Origin: Octopus sinensis
Taxonomy: Eukaryota
DNA: 64,000 bases
Reading direction: 5' to 3'
Assembly (NCBI RefSeq): GCF_006345805.1
Contig: NC_042997.1
Location: 197,532,001 to 197,596,000 of the forward strand
In this document: positions 1-12,384 of the stretch, piece by piece
Layout: every line of letters begins with the position of its first letter
How positions within the stretch are numbered: position 1 is the stretch's first letter
Notes under the pieces: model-generated
What the model saw: only the letters and a program-made list of their open reading frames with translations
Told to the model about the DNA's origin: nothing
Database searches by the model: none
Made by a program: the position numbers and the translations under genes

Positions 1-2387
1 GCTTAACTAAAATATTATTTCAGTGTTGTATTTGCTTGGCAAATTACTTGAAAGTGAAACAATCACATCATCGTAAAATTATATGAGCCAATTAAAAAAT
101 TAGAATACATGGATTTTTGTTTATTTCTTAACAGTTGCAAAGATGAAATGTTGAAAAGTTTTGTCGCACTTCTGCAACTTGTCACTGATAAATGATGCAA
201 TAGCACTGTCAACGATTTGCCCGAAAAGTGCAACAAAACTTTTTCACATTGGATATTATGGGATACTATTATGAAAGAAAACTAGAGCGAATCGTCGAAT
301 GATTAACATGACGCACCTAAGAAATAATTTAGGCAAAGGAAAACTCTAATTTGACGTCGCCAAAACTAAAAGCTTAAAAGAAATTTATCCATTAATTAGG
401 AATCGAACCCCGAACGAGTACATAGAAAATACAAAGGAAGAGGGTGAGAAATAGTATCCCTTAATTAAATCTAAAATAGAAAGAGTGGTTGTTGTAACAT
501 GATAAATGATTGCTAATGAGGCGTGGGTCCTGTTGATATGGTTGTTAAGAGGGCCGGGCTACAAAGCCGGCAATTAGTAAAACAAATACGCATACAACTA
601 CATTTATATTTAATATATTTCCCCCATTTAAATAGATGATTTTTATAAGAGGATCGATCAATAAATATATATCATAGATGAGTAAATATAAAGCCAAACC
701 TTTGATATTGTGAGGAGGACCAGTTCGTTCTGTTCTGTGTAGGAAATGGTTTTGCAGCAGTCTGCCACGAGTAACATCACAACGAGGCTGGATTAAACTT
801 TCCTGTCAACATGGACCCGCGACCTTATCACTTGGCAACTAAATTTCGCGTTTATTTGTTGTGGGGTGTTTTCTTTTTTTTTTATGCTTTGTATATTTAT
901 ATTTTATACTACGGTTTCTAAACAGTGCTGTTTGTTATGGGATTTCAACCGGTCAATATCTGGTTTACAGCATATCTAACAGTAAGAATGGCAACGGAAC
1001 TATTAGTACCTTCATGAGGAGGACTTTATTTTCGTAAACGACTTCGCTCGTTGAGCACCGGATCTGTTATTTTTGATGCGAAAAACCAGAAAAACAGAAG
1101 CATTTACAGATACACATAGATATTTCTTTATTGCCCACAAGGGGCTAAACATAGAGGGGACAAACAAGGACAGATAAAGGGATTAAGTCGATTACATCGA
1201 CCCCAGTGCGAACTGGTAGTTTATTTATCGACCCCGAAAGGATGAAAGGCAAAGTCGACCTCAGCGTAATTTGAACTCAGAACGTAACGACAGACGAAAT
1301 ACCTATTTCTATTTCTTTACTACCCTCAAGGGGCTAAACACAGAGGGGACAAACAAGAACAGACATAGGTATTAAGTCGATTACATCGACCCCAGTGCGA
1401 ACTGGTACTTTATTTATCGACCCCGAAAGGATGAAAGGCAAAGTCGACCTCGGCGGAATTTGAACTCAGAACGTAACGGCAGACGAAATACCGCTAAGCA
1501 TTTCGCCCGGGCGTGCTAACGTTTCTGCCAGCTCGCCGCCTTGTACATACATATATATACGCAGCAGAGGTACCCAGCAATGTCTAGTTATTGTAGCGAA
1601 GTAACATAATACATTGGAGAGTGATTTCGTTACTATTTTCACTATATCGTATTACATACTTGGAGATATTTGTCTAAATCATACATACATGTATACATAT
1701 AACAACAGCAACGTGTATTTAGGAAGAAATTTTGCTGTTTCTGCGAGGTCTTGTTGCCATTAAGAGATCACTCTTAACACATAAAGCAGTAGGCTAATGA
1801 TTTGAGGACTATTATGGCTGCTATCAAATCTAATTACCTCGCTGGGACCCCTTCATAGGTTATACGTATGGCATGCTTTCGATAAAACGGTAGGATATGA
1901 ATTTAGGGAGATTTGGCGTTTATTTCAGAAACACAAAAAATATTTCTGAGTCAACTTGTATCATAGGAATGCTGGGTATAAAAGATGTTTCTCTGTGGAA
2001 TAACCAGTCAGCATGAATAATATAAGTTTCCTTTTTAACAGCTGGATGCTCTTCCTAACGCCAACCACTCCGAGAGTGTAGTGGGTGCTTTTATGTGTCA
2101 CCGGTACGAGGGCCAGTCAGGTGGTACTGGCAACAGCCACGCTCAATGGTGTTATATGTATATATATATACTAGAAATGAGAGAGGCAAATCGTAAAATA
2201 TTGAGTTTTTTCAAATTTTTGCTTAATTGGGGGTCAAATTGAAAAAACTTTATGTGCCATGACCCAATCGAATCTACTTCGAAAAATCATAGGTAAATTC
2301 TAATTGAAGAAATTCTATATTGTAGAATTGTATTAAAAAGGAACATGGGAACAGGCAGAGAAAATCTGCCTTTTATCATAAGAGATA

Positions 2388-4918
2388 TCATCATCATCAT
2401 CATCATCATCGTTTAGCGTCCGTTTTCCATGCTAGCATGGGTTGGACGGGTCAACTGGGGTCTGTGAAGCTGGAAGGCTTCGTCAGGCCCAGTCAGATCT
2501 GGCAGTGTTTCTACGGCTGGATGCCCTTCCTAACGCCAACCACTCCGCGAGTGTAGTGGGTGTTTTTTACGTGCCACCTGCACAGGTGCCAGACAGAGCT
2601 GGCGAACGGCCACGAACGGATGGTGCTTTTACGTGTCACCGGCACGGGGCCAGGCGATGCTGGCAACGGACACGAACGGATGGTGCTTTTACGTGCCACC
2701 GACACGGGGCCAGACAGAGCTGGCAACCGACCACGAACGGACGGTGCTTTTACGTGTCACCGGCACGGGGGCCAGCCGAGGCTGGCAACGAACGCGAACG
2801 GATGGTGCTTTTACGTGCCACCGACACGGTTGCCAGACAGAGCTGGCAAACGGCCACGAGCGGATGGTGCTTTTACGTGTCACCGGCACGGGGGCCAGCC
2901 GAGGCTGGCAACGGACACGGACGGATGGTGCTTTTACGTGCCACCGACACGGGGCCAGACAGAGCTGGCAAACGGCCACGAACGGATGGTGCTTTTACGT
3001 GTCACCGGCACGGGGCCCAGCCGAGGCTGGCAACGGACACAGACGGATGGTGCTTTTACGTGCCACCGACACGGGGCCAGACAGAGCTGGCAAACGGCCA
3101 CGAACGGATGGTGCTTTTACGTGTCACCGGCACGGGGCCCAGCCGAGGCTGGCAACGGACACGGACGGATGGTGCTTTTACGTGCCACCGACACGGGGCC
3201 AGACAGAGCTGGCAAACGGCCACGAACGGATGGTGCTTTTATGTGCCACCGACACGGGGCCAGACAGAGCTGGCCAACGGCCACAAACGGACGGTGCTTT
3301 TACGTGTCACCGGCACGGGGCCAGGCGAGGCTGGCAACGAACACGAACGGATGGTGCTTTTACGTGCCACCGACACGGGGCCAGGCAGAGCTGGCAAACG
3401 GCCATGAGCAAATGGTGCTTTTACGTATCACCGGCACGGGTGCCAGACGAGGCTGACAGCGGACACGAACAGATGGGTCACTTAACCCCTGCTTTCTGAT
3501 ATATGATTTGATTTTGATTGTTCTCACTGGTCTTGCCGGGTCTTCTCACGCACAGCATACTTCCATAGGTCTCGGTCTCTGGTCATTTCCTTGGTGAGAC
3601 CTAGAGTTCGAAGGTCGTGCTTCACCACCTCGACCCAGGTTTTCCTGGGTCTACCTCTTCCACAGGTCCCCTCAACTGCCAGGGTGTGGCACTTTTTCAC
3701 ACACCTATCTTCATCCATTCTCACCACATGACCATACCAGCGCAATCGTCTCTCTTGCACACAACATCTGATTCCTCTTAGGTCCAACTTTTCTCTTAAG
3801 GTACTTACACTCTGTCGACTATGAACACTGACATTACACATCCAACGGAGCATACTAGCTTCATTTCTCGCGAGCTTACGCATGTCCTCAGCAGTCACGG
3901 CCCATGTTTCACTGCCATGTAGCATGGCTGTTCGTACACATGCATCATACAGTCTGCCTTTTACTCTGAGCGAGAGGCCTTTAGTCACCAACAGAGGTAA
4001 GAGCTCCCTAAACTTTGACCAGGCTATTCTTACTCTAGCCGTTACACTTTCAGCACACCCACCCCCACTACTGACTTGGTCACCAAGATAACGGAAGCTA
4101 TCAACCACTTCTAGTTTTTCCCCCTGGAAAGTGACGGAAGTTGTTTTCTGCAGATTTTCAGAGGTTAATGCTCCCGAGCATCTGCCACATACAAAAACCA
4201 TCTTCCTAGTTAGCCTTCCTATGACATTGCTGCACCTCTTATGTGTCCATAGCTTACACTTGGTGCATCTTATAGAGTTTCTACCTACACCTTTTCTACA
4301 GATCGAGCAGGGCCATCTACCTGAAGGCGTTTGTGATTTGTCTACCTTCCTACTTATTACGACTTTGGTTTTAGCTAGGTTGATTCTAAGGCCCTTCGAT
4401 TCTAAACCATGCTTCCACACCTGAAACTTCTTCTCCAGTTCTGATAATGACTCAGCAATTAGAGCAAGGTCATCAGCATAGAGGAGCTCCCAGGGGCATC
4501 CTGTCTTGAATTCCTCCGTTATTGCCTGGAGGACCATGATAAATAGGAGGGGGCTGAGGACTGAGCCTTGGTGGACCCTTACCTCTACCCGGAATTCTTT
4601 ACTGTACTCATTTCCAACCCTCACCTTACTAGCAGCGTCCCTGTACATGGCTTGCACAGCTCTCACTAACCATTCTTCTATTCCTAGTTTCCTCATTGAC
4701 CACCATATGAGGGATCGGGGGACCCTGTCGAAGGCTTTCTCCATGTCAACAAAAGCCAGGTACAGGGCCTTATCTTTGGCTAGGTATTTCTCCTGCAGCT
4801 GCCTTACCAGGAATATAGCATCAGTGGTACTTTTCCCTGGCACGAAACCAAACTGCATCTCATCTAAACTAACTCTCTCTCTAATTAGTTGGCTTATGAC
4901 CCTCTCTGTAACCTTCAT
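2388..4918 (-). mobile_element. 5'-truncated RTE-clade LINE: open RT (YADD), Cys/His finger, C-terminus, 3'UTR minisatellite and (GAT)n tail
   Basis: ORF 3524-4918 has no stops (QFGF, AFVDMEKAFD, HQGSVLSP, LLYADD, RGRPRKTW). The 3'UTR continues through the 61-bp array to the tail ...CCATGCTAGCATGGAAAACGGACGCTAAACGATGATGAT. The ORF part above 4918 is (TA)n read-through. Confidence 0.93.
2560..3470. repeat. Minisatellite of about 15 units of about 61 bp, mostly alternating two variants, in the RTE 3'UTR
   Basis: TTTTACGTGCCACCGACACGGGGCCAGACAGAG.. alternates with TTTTACGTGTCACCGGCACGGGG..GCCGAGG.. Confidence 0.95.
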
Positions 4919-5740
4919 ATATATATATATATATAATTGAATAAAAATGTAAACTTGGAAGTATATAATAATGCTACCAGACAGTACTGGGTAATTCTGA
5001 GGGTGGACGAGCTTTATACTGTACTTTACCACATTCCTAATGGAATATACCATAACTATATATCTATATACAATAGTACCTCAGTTTATGAATGTCTCTG
5101 ATCACGAATAAATTGTGCTTTATCTATATCTATACCAATATATATAAAGCCGGATTTATTCGAGATCAGAGTTGTTTGAAAACCAAGGTACTACTGTGTG
5201 TGTGTGTATATCATCATCATCATCATCATCATTTAGCGTCCGTTTTCCATGCTAGCATGGGTTGGACGGTTCAACTGGGGTCTGTGAAGCTGGAAGGCTT
5301 CATCAGGCCCAGTCAGATCTGGCAGTGTTTCTACGGCTGGATGCCCTTCCTAACACCAGCCACTCCGTGAGTGTAGTGGATGCTTTTTACGTGTCACCGG
5401 CACGGGGGCCAGGCGAGGCTGGCAACGGACACGAACGGATGGTGCTTTTACGTGCCACCAACACGGGGGCCAGACAGAGCTGGCAAACGGCCACAAAACG
5501 GATGGTGCTTTTACGTGTCACCGGCACGGGGGCCAATTCTTTTACTTGTTTCAGTCATTTGACTGTGACCATGCTGGAGCACCACCTTTAGTAGTTGAAC
5601 AAATCAACCCCAGGACTTTTTCTTTGTAAGCCTAATACTTATTCTATTGGTCTCCTTTGCTGAACCACTAAGCTAAGGGGATGTAAACACACCAACATCA
5701 GTTGTCAAGCAATAGTGGGGGGACAAATACAAATGCACAA

Positions 5741-5775
<35 letters not shown>

Positions 5776-7847
5776 CACCAGGCATAGTCCCAGGAATTTT
5801 TCGAAGGGAGGGCACAAGGTCAGAAGGGAATACAATTCCGGGAGAAAAGGGCTTAATAATAATATTTAGAAGGGCACAGTTCTTTTCTTGAGCGGGGCAC
5901 ATGCCCAAGATGTGGGATGAGGTCATGAAATATGGTCTTTGGTTGTTGAGTTTCAAGGAGGAGACCGACAAGGGACGGAGACCTCTTGCAATTTCCTGTG
6001 CTTGAGAAGACACATCAACTTAAGTGAAATTATGACCATGGCCAGTGCTGGTGACACATAAAAGGCACCCAGTATATTCTCTAGCGTGGTTGGCATTATG
6101 AAGAGCACTCGGCTATAGAAACTATGTTAAAACAGATTGGAGCCTGGTACAGCTCTCCAGCTTACAAGTTCCAATCAAACTGTCTAATCCATGCCAGCAT
6201 GGAAAATGGATGCTAAATGATGATGATGATGATATAAACCTGAACAAGGCGGCAAGCTGGCAGAAACGTTAGCACACCAGGTGAAATGCGTAGCCGTATT
6301 TTGTCTGCCGTTACGTTCTGAGTTCAAGTTCTGCCGAGGTCTATTTTGCTTTTCATCCTTTTGGGGTCAATAAATTAAGTTACCAGTTACACACTGGGGT
6401 TGATGTAATCGACTTAATCTCTTTGTCTGTCCTTGTTTGTCCCCTCTATGTTCAGCCCCCTTGTGGGCAATAAAAAAATAAGAAACGTTACTTCTGAGTT
6501 CAAATTCTGCCGAGGTCGACTTTGCCTTTCATCCTTTCGGGGTCGATAAATTAAGTACCAGTTACGCACTGGGGTCGATGTAATCGACTTAATCTCTTTG
6601 TCTGTCCTTGTTTGTCCCCTCTATGTTTAGCCCCTTGTGGGTAATAAAGAAACGAATACAAACCTGAACAATTATTTTATAATTGTTAAATATTTTCTTA
6701 GTGAGAATTTGTCATTTACTCAGAATTGCAAAGATGGAAATGATTTGACTCTCTCCGAAGAGCTTTGGCTTAAAAATCAATGGTCGACATAACCATGTAT
6801 ACGTGGGTGAGAAAAGAAGAGGAGGAGAAGTGATATGGGAGCAAGAAAAGGTGTACGTGACGGAGAGATATGAGACCAAGAAAATGATATAGCAAATAAA
6901 GAGAGGGAGAAGTTTTTCTTACTACCACTCCTCATTCCTCCTACTCTCTTGACTCCTCCCACTTTCAACTGTCATTACACACAGGCAAACAGCCAAGTTC
7001 AAACTTATATAAGTTGTAAGATAAACAGTGGAGAATTGGTTAGACAGAATGCTTGTTTGTTTTGGCTTCTTGAACTCAAATCCCACTAAGGTCAGCTTTG
7101 CCTTCTGAGATCAATAAATGTTAATCCAGGTAAAGGATTGGTAGAATTGTTGGAGCATTGGAGGAGATTACTTTGTGATAGTTCACATTGTGCTTGGGAG
7201 TACCTCAGTTAGCCAGTGGGGACAGATAAGCCCACAACCAGCATAAAAATATATTTCTTTACTACCCACAAGGGGCTAAACACAGAGGGGACAAAACAAG
7301 GACAGACAAACGGATTAAGTTGATTATATCGACCCCAGAAATGTTAGCACGCCGGGCAAAATGTGTAGCCGTATTTCGTCTGCAGTTACGTTCTGAGTTC
7401 AAATTCCGCCAAGGTCGACTTTGCCTTTCATCCTTTCGGGGTCGATAAATAAAGTACCAGTTACGCACTGGGGTCGATGTAATCGACTTAATCCCTTTGT
7501 CTGTCCTTGTTTGTCCCCTCTATGTTTAGCCCCTTGTGAGCAGTAAAGAAATATATATCAACCCCAGTGCGTAACTGGTACTTTATTTATCGACCCCGAA
7601 AGGATGAAAGGCAAAGTCGACCTCGGCGGAATTTGAACTCAGAACGTACCGGTAGATGAAATACAGCTACGCATTTCACCCGGCGTTCTAACGTTTCTAC
7701 CGGCTCGCCGCCTCTACAACCAGCATAAATAAGCTGTTAACAGTATACTGAGATTTCATATACTAATAAATCAAAAATGACTGTGTGTATGTGTATATAA
7801 ACAGTTTGGTTCTTTGTTTCTCTGGAGAGTGTCAGAATGATGTGGAC

Positions 7848-7890
7848 ACCTCTGACGAAAACCCAATAAGGTTTGAAAATCAATTAAGGC
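7848..7890 (+). ncRNA. Minimal hammerhead motif in a Penelope-like repeat
   Basis: CCU-CUGACGA-AAACC(6)GGUUU-GAAA-AUCAAU-UA-AGG. Confidence 0.55.
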
Positions 7891-8981
7891 TGTTCTTCCT
7901 TTTTTCAGTCTGCAGAGAAATGGCTAAAATTTGCCCTCTCTTTTTACTCTTTTCTCTTTTACTTGTTTCAGTCATTTGACTGCGGCCATGCTAGAGCACC
8001 GCCTTTTTTTAGTCGAGCAAATCGACCCCGGGACTTATTCTTTGTAAGCCCAGTACTTATTCTATCGGTCTCTTTTGCCGAACCGCTAAGTGACGGGGAC
8101 GTAAACACACCAGCATCGGTCGTCAAGCAATGCTAGGGGGACAAACATACATATATATATATATATACACACATATATACGACAGGCTTCTTTCAGTTTC
8201 CGTCTACCAAATCCACTCACAAGGCATTGGTCGGCCCGGGGCTATAGCAGAAGACACTTGCCCAAGATGCCACGCAGTGGGACTGAACACGGAACCATGT
8301 GGTTGGTTAGCAAGTTACTTACCACACAGCCACTTCTGCACCTAACTGTAGATTATTTTTATAAATATGAAATACATAGTAGTTATTTCCAATTTTAGTA
8401 CAAGGCCATAAATTTTTATGGCTGTAGTAACAGAAATAGTTAACTGTTTTTTTCTCTGTTTATAATAATACCATATGTTACATATTTATTATATCATACC
8501 TTTATACTGTGTGGACTATGATCCCTGTTGACAGGCCATTGGTATTTTGTGAGTGTTTATTGAGCGAAAACACCTAAAGCTCCACGAAGCTCCGGCAGGG
8601 GATGGTGGTGATCCCTGCTGTACTCTTTCACCACAACTTTCTCTCACTCTTACTTCTTTTTTCTGTTGTACCTGTATTTCAAAGGGCCGGCCTTGTCACT
8701 CTCTGTGTCACGCTGAATATCCCCGAGAACTACGTTAAGGGTACACGTGTCTGTGGAGTGCTCAGCCACTTACACGTTAATTTCACGTGCAGGCTGTTCC
8801 ATTGATTCGGATCAACCGGAACCCTTGTCATCGTAACCGACGAAGTGCTTCCATTTATGGAGTATTAAACACTATTGTTATGCAAATTAGGGACCTCTTC
8901 ATAGAGTAACTGCTGCATTTGTTGAGTATATAAACAGTTTGGCTCCTTGTTTCTGTGGAGATTTGTGGAAGTGATGCGGAT

Positions 8982-9023
8982 GCCTCTGATGAGAACCAAA
9001 TAAGGTTTGAAAATAATTAAGGT
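8982..9023 (+). ncRNA. Minimal hammerhead motif, second copy of the 7848 family
   Basis: GCCU-CUGAUGA-GAACC(6)GGUUU-GAAA-AUAAU-UA-AGGU. Confidence 0.55.
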
Positions 9024-9299
9024 TGTTCATCTTTTTTTTTTTCTCAGTCTGTGGAGAAATAGCTAAAAGGAGACAGAAATGCACACACACACAACAGGCT
9101 TCTTTCAGTTTCCCTCTACCAAATCTACTCATAAGGCTTTGTTTGACCCAAGACTATTGCAGAAGACACTTTCCCAGTGTGCTATGCATTGGGATTGAAC
9201 CTGAATCCTTCAGACTGTGGAACAAACTTCTTAACTACATAGCCATGTTTGTTTATCTAAGAAAAATGTGAAGCTTCATTTTAAATAAAATATTAAAAC

Positions 9300-9920
9300 A
9301 TCGAGACTTTTGGAAATATGCTGTGCTTGAGAAGACTCGGCAAGCCCAACTGAGACCATAACCTTGTGGCCTATGCCAGGGGTGTAACCAGCCCACTTAT
9401 GCATACCTTTCCTTCATTGGACACTAACCTCTGCTTGCGAAGACCTGTTGAGGCAAGTGAAATTGAAATCAAATTCGGTGACTGTTATCCGTGCTAGTGG
9501 AGCGCTAAGAGCACCATCCAAGCGTGATCATTGCCAGGGCAGCTAACCGGCTTCTGTGCCAGTGGCACGTAAAAAGCACCATTCGAGCGTGATCATTACC
9601 AGTGTCGCCTTACTGGCACATGAAAGACAATCAAGCGAGGTCGTTGCCAGTGCCGCTGGACTGGCTCCTGTACAGGTGGCACGTAAAAAACACCATTTGA
9701 GCATGGCCATTGCCAGTACCGCCTGACTGGCCCTTGTGCCGGTGGCAAGTAAAAGCACCCACTACACTCTTGGAGTGGTTGGCATGAGGAAGGGCATCCA
9801 GCTGTAGAAACTCTGCCAGATCAAGATTGGAGCCTGGTGCAGCCATCTGGTTTGCCAGTCCTCAGTCAAATCGTCCAACCCATGCCAGCATGGAAAGTGG
9901 GCATTAAACAATGATGATGA
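9300..9920 (+). mobile_element. RTE 3' end (C-terminal codons RDFWKYAVLEKTRQ, 3'UTR and GAT tail)
   Basis: Peptide matches the C-terminus of the 3524 ORF; shared tail. Confidence 0.85.
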
Positions 9921-10061
9921 CAAAAAGACCATTTGAAAAACAGGGTTGGTTTTTTTAAAAATGTTTATTTTGACATGAGAAAATTTTACAAAGAGCTATA
10001 AAAAAATAAAAATTTATAGCAATATGGTTTGAAGTGAGATTACTTTCCAATAGAACTAAAT

Positions 10062-10205
10062 TTACCATATAAATGGTGCCCGTTCTCTTAGTATGCGTAC
10101 ACTCCATTGCTGCCATTCTTTTTGTCGGATCCAAAGTTCCTGTGTTGTGTCTAAACAGGAGAGTACAGAAGCACCTTTCCACGGTATTAAATTTGGTTCC
10201 ATATC
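10062..10205 (-). CDS. ACTR8: ARP8 last exon (DMEPNLIPWKGASVLSCLDTTQELWI...LRERAPFIW*)
   Basis: Matches the ARP8 C-terminus DMDPRLIAWKGG...RERAAFVW; TAA stop at 10062-10064. Confidence 0.96.
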   Translation of the reverse strand, partial: DMEPNLIPWKGASVLSCLDTTQELWIRQKEWQQWSVRILRERAPFIW

Positions 10206-11308
10206 CTGACAATGGATAAAATTCTTCATATCAGCCATTATATTTACACAAGTATAACATGAACAAATTCAAGAAAAAAAAATCTCAAAAGAATAATAAT
10301 AATAATAATGGCTTTAAATTTCGATACAAAGGCAGCAGTTTTAGGGGAGGGGACAAGTTGATTGCATCGATCCCAGTGTTTAACTGGTACTTAATTTATT
10401 AATCCCCCGAAAGTATGAAAGGAAAAGTCGACCTCAGGGGAATTTGAACTCAGAACATAGCAGCAGACGAAATACTTATTTCTTTATTACCCACAAGGCG
10501 CTAAATACAGAGAGGACAAACGGATTAAGTCGATTATATCGACCCAGTGCATAACTGGTACTTATTTAATTGACCCCGAAAGGATGAAAGGCAAAGTCGA
10601 CCTCGGCGGAATTTGAACTTAGAACTTAGAACGGCAGACGAAATACTGCTAAGCATTTTGCCCGGTGTGCAAACAATTCTGCCAGCTTGCTACCTTAATA
10701 ATAATAATAATAATAATAAGACCAAAACAAAAATGAAATATTTCGTTTTGGGATTTGGTTTGCAAGATTCTTTATATGAGTTTGTGTGTTGAAGCATATT
10801 CTGTTGTGTCTGGGGAGAGTCAAAACTATTGGAAAGGTTGCAAGACGCAACGAAAATTTTAGAAAATAAAAATAAGAAAAAAAAGTGGAAATTCTACCGG
10901 TGAGTGTGTTAAATAATAAGGCACTAAAAGAGAATGACTCTCCCCAGACACTACAAAAATGAAGTACATCAAGCTAACCATATTCTCAAGTTCACTTTTG
11001 GTAACTTTTAGTAGATTTTAGTAGATTTTGGTAACTTTTAGTAAATCTTTATATGCAAAGTGAACAATGAGAATCAAACTGATGACTCGATAGGCAGCCT
11101 CTGCAAAGCAGGATGTGATGCACTGCAGGGCTCTTTCTGTGTGTGCAACAAGTGCAGCACCCATTGGTTCTGGAATACTGCAAAGTTATTCAACATGAAA
11201 TTCAGTGAAGTGTTGTTCTATATGATTGAGAGGAAACATTATTTAGCAAACCAAAGGACTGTGCCAATATCTAATGTCTTTTTTGGGGTGGTATTATTAA
11301 GGGACAGA

Positions 11309-11539
11309 TAAGGCGGCGAGCTGGCAGAAACGTTAGCACGCCGGGCAAAATGTTTAGCAGTATTTCGTCTGCCACTACATTCTGAGTTCAAATTCCACCG
11401 AGGTCGACTTTGCCTTTCATCCTTTCGGGGTCAATTAAATAAGTACCAGTTACGCACTGGAGTCGATATAATCGACTTAATCCCTTTGTCCTTGTTTGTC
11501 CTCTCTGTGTTTAGCCCCTTGTGGGCAATAAAGAAATAG
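11309..11539 (+). mobile_element. tRNA-derived SINE, family A (GGCGGCGAGCTGGCAGAAACG...AAGAAATAG), full length with TSD
   Basis: B-box-like GAGTTCAAATTCC; 18-bp TSD GTATTATTAAGGGACAGA. Other copies at 1110-1545, 6245-6655, 7250-7712, 10330-10700, 19735-19962, 24140-24440, 27525-27755, 33150-33677, 40563-40785 and 59590-59760. Confidence 0.88.
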
Positions 11540-11782
11540 GTATTATTAAGGGACAGAAAAGGGGTCTTGCATTAGAGGAGAAACGTGGTTACCTCAGGTA
11601 AGGAGAAAGTGAGAGGGAGGAGAGAAAAATGAAGATGTGATAGGCAGGGGCCATACACTTAAATTATAGAGAAGTGCATAGAGCAAAATGGGCTGGGGCT
11701 TGGTGAGTGGATGAGCAAGTTCACAAGATTTCTAAGGGAGAGTAGGGGATGTCATGGAGAAAAAAATGGGAATTCTTCATAC

Positions 11783-11946
11783 CTTAGCTCTAGTAATAAC
11801 ATCCATTCCTTCCAAAGTAAACCTGAACTGAACAGGCATTTGGGACCACAATCGATGCTGAATCCAGCCTTGGACACCACGTATGTTTAACCCTCCTCCA
11901 ATTACAAGAATACAGCTATACATTTTCTTTTTAACTTCATCATTAC
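11783..11946 (-). CDS. ACTR8: ARP8 exon 12 (NDEVKKKMYSCILVIGGG...DVITRAK)
   Basis: Matches DDTKKKMYSSILVVGGG; phase fits. Confidence 0.95.
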
Positions 11947-12384
11947 CTGAAATGAAATGAAAGAACTTCAAAATAAATATTCATGAACATAGCAAAAAGC
12001 TGAGTTTACTGGAAACTGAAAACTTGTGTACAAAAGATATTTCTGAGTCAGATGGCATCATGGGTAATTTGAGTATAACAGCAACTGCTTCCATGACCAA
12101 CAAGTCTAAATAGAAGCCTGAATAATGTGATATTAAATTCTTTTTTTTTTAGGTGCAGGAGTGGCTGTGTGTTAAATAGCTTGCTTACCAACCACATGGT
12201 TCCGGCGTCAGTCCCACTGTGCGACACCTTGGGCAAGTGTCTTCTACTATAGCCTCAGGTCGACCAAAGCCTTGGGAGTGGATATGGTAGAAAGAAACTG
12301 AAAGAAGCCCGTCGTATATATGATATATATATATATGTATATGTGTGTATATGTTTGTGTGTGTGTATGGAGGGAGGAAGGATA

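Noticed and set aside
2442-3499. Three long plus-strand ORFs and a CRISPR-like periodicity
   Set aside because: The units are repeated in full with no unique spacers and no cas genes; the ORFs are stop-free readings of a minisatellite in an RTE 3'UTR.
4919-5053. N-terminal part of the 509-aa ORF as a true RTE start
   Set aside because: It reads through (TA)n and AT-rich flank; RTE similarity stops at about 4918.
7790-9070. Local segmental duplication
   Set aside because: The copies are too diverged and keep only family-like motifs; better explained as two insertions of a repeat.
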